A stretch of DNA of 64,000 nt. It comes from an uncultured cyanobacterium (GTDB lineage Bacteria; Cyanobacteriota; Cyanobacteriia; PCC-9006; JAAUQQ01). A program made the position numbers and the translations under genes. The notes beneath the pieces are model-generated. The model saw only the letters and a program-made list of their open reading frames with translations, made no database searches and was not told the origin of the DNA. Location of the stretch: NCBI GenBank assembly GCA_963718615.1, contig OY970368.1, forward strand, positions 3,648,001 through 3,712,000, given 5' to 3'. This document shows positions 59,853 to 64,000 of this stretch, piece by piece. Numbering within the stretch: the stretch's first letter is position 1; the number at the start of each line of letters is the position of its first letter.

Positions 59853-61604
59853 CTAAGTCCTCGGGGCGGCCCACACCACCCGAAAACCGAAGTCGTTGAG
59901 GCGGAGGCCGGGGGGCGCGTTCCCGTTGCGCCGCGCGGAGCGGCAGTACCCCGGACCGCCGAACCAGGAGCCGCCGCGTAGCACATACAACTCTTGATCC
60001 CCAGTCATCCAAGCTGAACCATCCGTTGGCGCTCCATTATAGCTGCCATGCCATCGATCAGCGCACCATTCCCACACATTTCCATGCATGTCATACAACC
60101 CAAAGCCATTGGGTAGAAAACTGCCCACCTCAGTGGTCTGTTCTCGAAACTGGCCCCTGCTGCCTTTGCCGTAGGTGCAGGTGCCGTCGTAATTCACGTG
60201 GCCCGATGTGATCGTTTCGCCAAAGTAAAACGGCGTTGTCGTCCCCGCCCGACAGGCATATTCCCATTCCGCTTCGCTCGGCAACCGATACGCTCGCCCC
60301 GTCTGCTCACTCAGCTTTTTACAAAACTCCTGGGCATCGTTCCAGCTCACACTCTTCACCGGACGCTTCTCGCCTTTGAAGCGTGACGGATTCCCCCCCC
60401 TCACCGCTTCATACTGCGCCTGGGTCACTGCATACTTCCCTAGGCAAAACTCGGGCACCTGCACCCGATGGCGTGGCCGCTCATCGCTACTGGCGCTTTC
60501 CTCTCCATCCGCTGCTCCCATCCAAAACTCACCGCCAGGGATGTACACCATCTCCAGCACAACCCCATTACCCAAATCTTCGATAAACTGCTCCGCCGAC
60601 CGGGTCTCGCGCTCGGTGATCTGGCCCCGTTCATCCATCCGCACTGTCTTAAATCCAAACCGAACAAGGTTGAGGCCGTTGGCGGGGGCTGGGGGCTGGA
60701 CGAACGGCGGTTCGTCCCTGCGGGGTTGTTGGGGTGGCGGTGAATTACGGGGCGACGGCGATTGGGGCGGTTGGGGTTGGGGGATTGGGGCATTTAATAA
60801 TTGCAAAAATTCAGCCATCGTTTGAGGCCGCTGCTCCGGCTCCAGCGCCATTCCCCGCACAATCGCCTTATTCAGCCATCCGCTCAACTGCAGCACATGC
60901 TGTCGAGGATCAACCAGCTTTTGATTCATCATCTTGCGATTGAGACAGGGGGTCGGCGGCTGCCCCGTCACCAAAAAATACAGCGACGCCGCCACCGTAT
61001 AGATATCCAGCGTTGGCCCCACAACCCCCGTCATCTGCTCCCAAGGCGCAAACGCCACATTTAGCGACTGGGTAGAAGCATTGGGCATCACCTCCCGCGC
61101 CAAACCAAAATCAATCAGCATCGCCTGCCTTCGGTCCGTCAGCATCATATTCCCCGGATGGGCATCCCGATGGACCAACCCTTCCCCATGGACCACCCTC
61201 AACGCATCGCCAATTTGCCGAATATAGGCAACCGCTGCCTTTTCCGACAAGGGACCTTGGGTTAGCACCACATCAAATAAATTCTGCCCCTGCACATATT
61301 CCATTACCAGACAGGGTAGCTTTGTTCCAAAACAGGCTTCAAAACAAACATCCTGAACCGCCACAATATGGGGATGTCGCTTCTGACTCAGCCTTGCGAG
61401 CACCCGAGCCTCACCAATAAACTTCTCCACATATTTCTCATAGTCTGGCTCCTTGCGGAGCTTATCGTTGGGCGTCTTGATCACAAGCTGTTGCTCTAGC
61501 AACGTATGGTAAGCGCGATAGGTCACCCCAAACCCACCTTCACCCAAGGTTTCTCGGATGACATACTTGCCACCTTGAATTTTATGACCTCTCGCCCAAA
61601 CCAT
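59853..61604 (-). CDS. Ser/Thr kinase fused to an FGE-sulfatase (C-type lectin fold) domain
   Basis: GEGGFG, VIK, HRDAHPGN, DFG; MVYIPGGEFWMG, RLPSEAEWEYACRAG, GLYDMHGNVWEW, RGGSW...GFRV. Confidence 0.92.
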   Translation of the reverse strand: MVWARGHKIQGGKYVIRETLGEGGFGVTYRAYHTLLEQQLVIKTPNDKLRKEPDYEKYVEKFIGEARVLARLSQKRHPHIVAVQDVCFEACFGTKLPCLVMEYVQGQNLFDVVLTQGPLSEKAAVAYIRQIGDALRVVHGEGLVHRDAHPGNMMLTDRRQAMLIDFGLAREVMPNASTQSLNVAFAPWEQMTGVVGPTLDIYTVAASLYFLVTGQPPTPCLNRKMMNQKLVDPRQHVLQLSGWLNKAIVRGMALEPEQRPQTMAEFLQLLNAPIPQPQPPQSPSPRNSPPPQQPRRDEPPFVQPPAPANGLNLVRFGFKTVRMDERGQITERETRSAEQFIEDLGNGVVLEMVYIPGGEFWMGAADGEESASSDERPRHRVQVPEFCLGKYAVTQAQYEAVRGGNPSRFKGEKRPVKSVSWNDAQEFCKKLSEQTGRAYRLPSEAEWEYACRAGTTTPFYFGETITSGHVNYDGTCTYGKGSRGQFREQTTEVGSFLPNGFGLYDMHGNVWEWCADRWHGSYNGAPTDGSAWMTGDQELYVLRGGSWFGGPGYCRSARRNGNAPPGLRLNDFGFRVVWAAPRT

Positions 61605-61691
61605 TGCAGGACCCCCCAAACGCGCACGAAATACTGACACGCCCGCCATTCTGGCATAGACCCCTTTATTCTTCCCACAAGTCGCAAGTCG

Positions 61692-62318
61692 CTAGAGCCG
61701 GGGCGACAATTCAGTCAAGCCAATCCCAAACAAAAACGACATCACTAACTCCAGGTCAGACGGCACCGCATAGGTATTGATATCCTTATCCACCCGGCGT
61801 GCTCCGCGATCAAACACCCCAAACTTCCAGGTATCCCCCGTCGTCACAGCCCCGTACAACACAGCCGCCTCCGACTCCACCCACTGATCTAGGGCAATTA
61901 ACTCCACCGCAAGCTGCGTAAACCCTCGGGCCAAATCAGAATTTTTCGCCTCGATCACCAACAAATTGCTGGTTGTCGGTACGAAGTAATCAAAGTTTCC
62001 CCGTAGCCAAGGGCTAACCCGCACAGGATATTCAATTTTGAGCGGCACCTTCAGCGCTCGGCAAATCGTTTTCAGGATTGGGAAAATCAAACATTCCCGC
62101 CGAGCCATTTCAGAGGATGGACTCACCAACGCGAGATTTTCTAAGAGCTCCTGCCGCAAGGGTCCAAGGTCAATGGGCAACTGTTGAGGCAGAGCCAACG
62201 ACACATTCTGCAAGGTTACATCCAGTTCCGCCAGAATATCTGACGTGTCAAAGGGCATTTCTGCATACTTGCTGAATGTGTAGGTTGCTGCTGGATCTAG
62301 GATGGGCGATCGCACCAT
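61692..62318 (-). CDS. Conserved cyanobacterial protein with a restriction-endonuclease-like motif
   Basis: NFDY...VIEAK, GFTQLAVELIALD, YGAVTTGDTW. Confidence 0.72.
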   Translation of the reverse strand: MVRSPILDPAATYTFSKYAEMPFDTSDILAELDVTLQNVSLALPQQLPIDLGPLRQELLENLALVSPSSEMARRECLIFPILKTICRALKVPLKIEYPVRVSPWLRGNFDYFVPTTSNLLVIEAKNSDLARGFTQLAVELIALDQWVESEAAVLYGAVTTGDTWKFGVFDRGARRVDKDINTYAVPSDLELVMSFLFGIGLTELSPRL

Positions 62319-62469
62319 ATCAAGTTCCTCGTCTCCCAGACACCAAGTATTTTTCCAAGGTGTTTTTCCCTATTGTAGTCGGGGTGAATCCATTGCCATG
62401 GGCCAAGCCGTTGGCAATGGATTGAGCAATGGATTGAGCAAATCGCCGGTGTCTCAGCAACGGCTGCGG

Positions 62470-64000
62470 TTACCCCGCCCGCAACGCCAATGCCTCACGG
62501 GCCTGTTCGCGATCATCAAAGTGGATTTTCTCGGTCCCAAGGATCTGATAATCCTCATGGCCCTTACCCGCAATCAAGACCCCATCACCGGGTTTTGCAT
62601 CCAGAATGGCCCGCCGAATCGCCTCCGCCCGATCCGCCGTCACCACAGGATGGGCCTCTGCCGGAATCCCTGCCAGCACATCCGCCAGAATTTTTTGCGG
62701 ATCCTCCGTACGGGGATTGTCTGAAGTCACATAGACCACATCGGCCAGGCGGGCGGCGATGCCGCCCATGAGGGGACGTTTGGTGCGATCGCGATCGCCC
62801 CCACAGCCAAACACACAAATCATCCGCCCCGGAATAAACGGACGAGACGCCTTCAGCAAATTCTCCAAACTATCGGGTGTATGGGCATAGTCCACGATGA
62901 CGCTGATCTCCTGGTCCGGGCTGAGCTGTACCCGCTCCATCCGCCCCGGTACCCCTTGGAATTGGGGCAAGATCTCTAGCATTTTGCCCAGATCCAAGCC
63001 TAAATGCAGTCCGGCCCCCAGCGCCCCGAGGAAATTGGCAAGATTAAATTGACCGACCAACGGCAGCTGAAATTCTCCCGAGCCTTTGGGCGTATGGACT
63101 ATGCCGCTAACGCCTGCGGGACCATAGCGGAGGTCGCTGGTCCAGAGATCGGCTTGGTCTGGGACTTTTGGGTCTGAGACTGTCGCTGCATCTGGGGCAA
63201 CGCTATAGGACCAGGCTCTTTCACGGCTGGATGGATGACCGAGGCGATCGAGCAATTTCTGCCCATAGGGATCATCCCGATTGATCACCGCTCGACCCTT
63301 GAGATAAGCCTCGCTAAACAGCAACGCCTTGGCCTCAAAGTAATCCTCCATCGTCGGGTGATAATCCAGGTGATCCTGGGTCAGGTTCGTAAACACCGCC
63401 ACCTCAAAGGGACAACCCAACACCCGCCGCTGCTCTAGGGCGTGGGAACTGACCTCCATCACCCCGGCTTGACAGCCCGCCGCTACGGCTCCGGCCAATT
63501 GCTCCTGTAGGTCTGCGGCAAAGGGCGTTGTGTGGGCCGCTGTTTTTTGATACCCCGGCCAGCGGGCATAGAGCGTGCCAAACAGCGCCGCCGGAACCCC
63601 TAGCCCATTCAGCCAAAATTCCACCAAGTGAGTCGTTGTCGTTTTGCCATTGGTCCCCGTGATGCCCACCAAGTTAAGCTGAGCAGCGGGATTGCCATAG
63701 AACCCTGCGGCAATCTGGGCACAGGCCGCAACCATATCTGCGGCAATGATGAGGCAGGGATTCAGATTGGGGGCAGGATCTTCGAGACTCAGGGGCCGTT
63801 GGGCCAGGGCTTGAGGGGAAATCACAGCGGCGATCGCCCCACCCCCCAAGGCACTCGGCCAAAACTCCCCCCCATCCACACGGGTTCCCGGCATCCCTAA
63901 AAACACATCGCCCGCTGTCACCCCATGGGAATTGGTGCTCAGACCTTTGACTTCCTGATCTAGAGCAGGGTGGTCCGGCAGTGTCAGACCGGGAATGGCG
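62470..64000 (-). CDS. murE: UDP-N-acetylmuramoyl-dipeptide--DAP ligase (start beyond window end)
   Basis: GITGTNGKTT, MEVSSH, TNLTQDHLDYH, DYAHTPD, DNPR, AGKGHE. Confidence 0.97.
   Translation of the reverse strand, partial: AIPGLTLPDHPALDQEVKGLSTNSHGVTAGDVFLGMPGTRVDGGEFWPSALGGGAIAAVISPQALAQRPLSLEDPAPNLNPCLIIAADMVAACAQIAAGFYGNPAAQLNLVGITGTNGKTTTTHLVEFWLNGLGVPAALFGTLYARWPGYQKTAAHTTPFAADLQEQLAGAVAAGCQAGVMEVSSHALEQRRVLGCPFEVAVFTNLTQDHLDYHPTMEDYFEAKALLFSEAYLKGRAVINRDDPYGQKLLDRLGHPSSRERAWSYSVAPDAATVSDPKVPDQADLWTSDLRYGPAGVSGIVHTPKGSGEFQLPLVGQFNLANFLGALGAGLHLGLDLGKMLEILPQFQGVPGRMERVQLSPDQEISVIVDYAHTPDSLENLLKASRPFIPGRMICVFGCGGDRDRTKRPLMGGIAARLADVVYVTSDNPRTEDPQKILADVLAGIPAEAHPVVTADRAEAIRRAILDAKPGDGVLIAGKGHEDYQILGTEKIHFDDREQAREALALRAG

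Overview
Cyanobacterial chromosomal window: the HIP1 octamer GCGATCGC occurs throughout and phycoerythrin genes are present. The core backbone comprises rimP-nusA-infB, an AtzG/AtzE-like amidase pair, a phycoerythrin cluster (aplA-like, cpeBA, cpeYZ, cpeF-like, a divergent CpeY paralogue, an nblA missed by the ORF track, a cpcV-like lyase), a NitT/TauT ABC transporter, a TM0106-type nuclease-helicase, cp12, thrS, gshB, grxC, hflX, miaE, aroQ, rsmI, cobT, five intact tRNAs and murE. Downstream of tRNA-Val is a ~7.7 kb accessory patch: Uma2, two atypical kinases, IS630, an MNT with a dead HepT, and a RAYT with REPs. The most notable signals are: (1) a kinase-FGE-sulfatase gene with hallmarks of a remote diversity-generating-retroelement target; (2) an A10 slippery site that would fuse a coiled-coil ORF to an Hsp70/actin-fold ORF; (3) a vestigial tRNA array with a direct-repeat operator shared with the upstream unit; (4) a RAYT whose own ORF and a neighbouring kinase carry REPs; (5) an ATC start codon for hflX; (6) a candidate NtcA-repressed small RNA. 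All family assignments come from motif recognition, not database searches.
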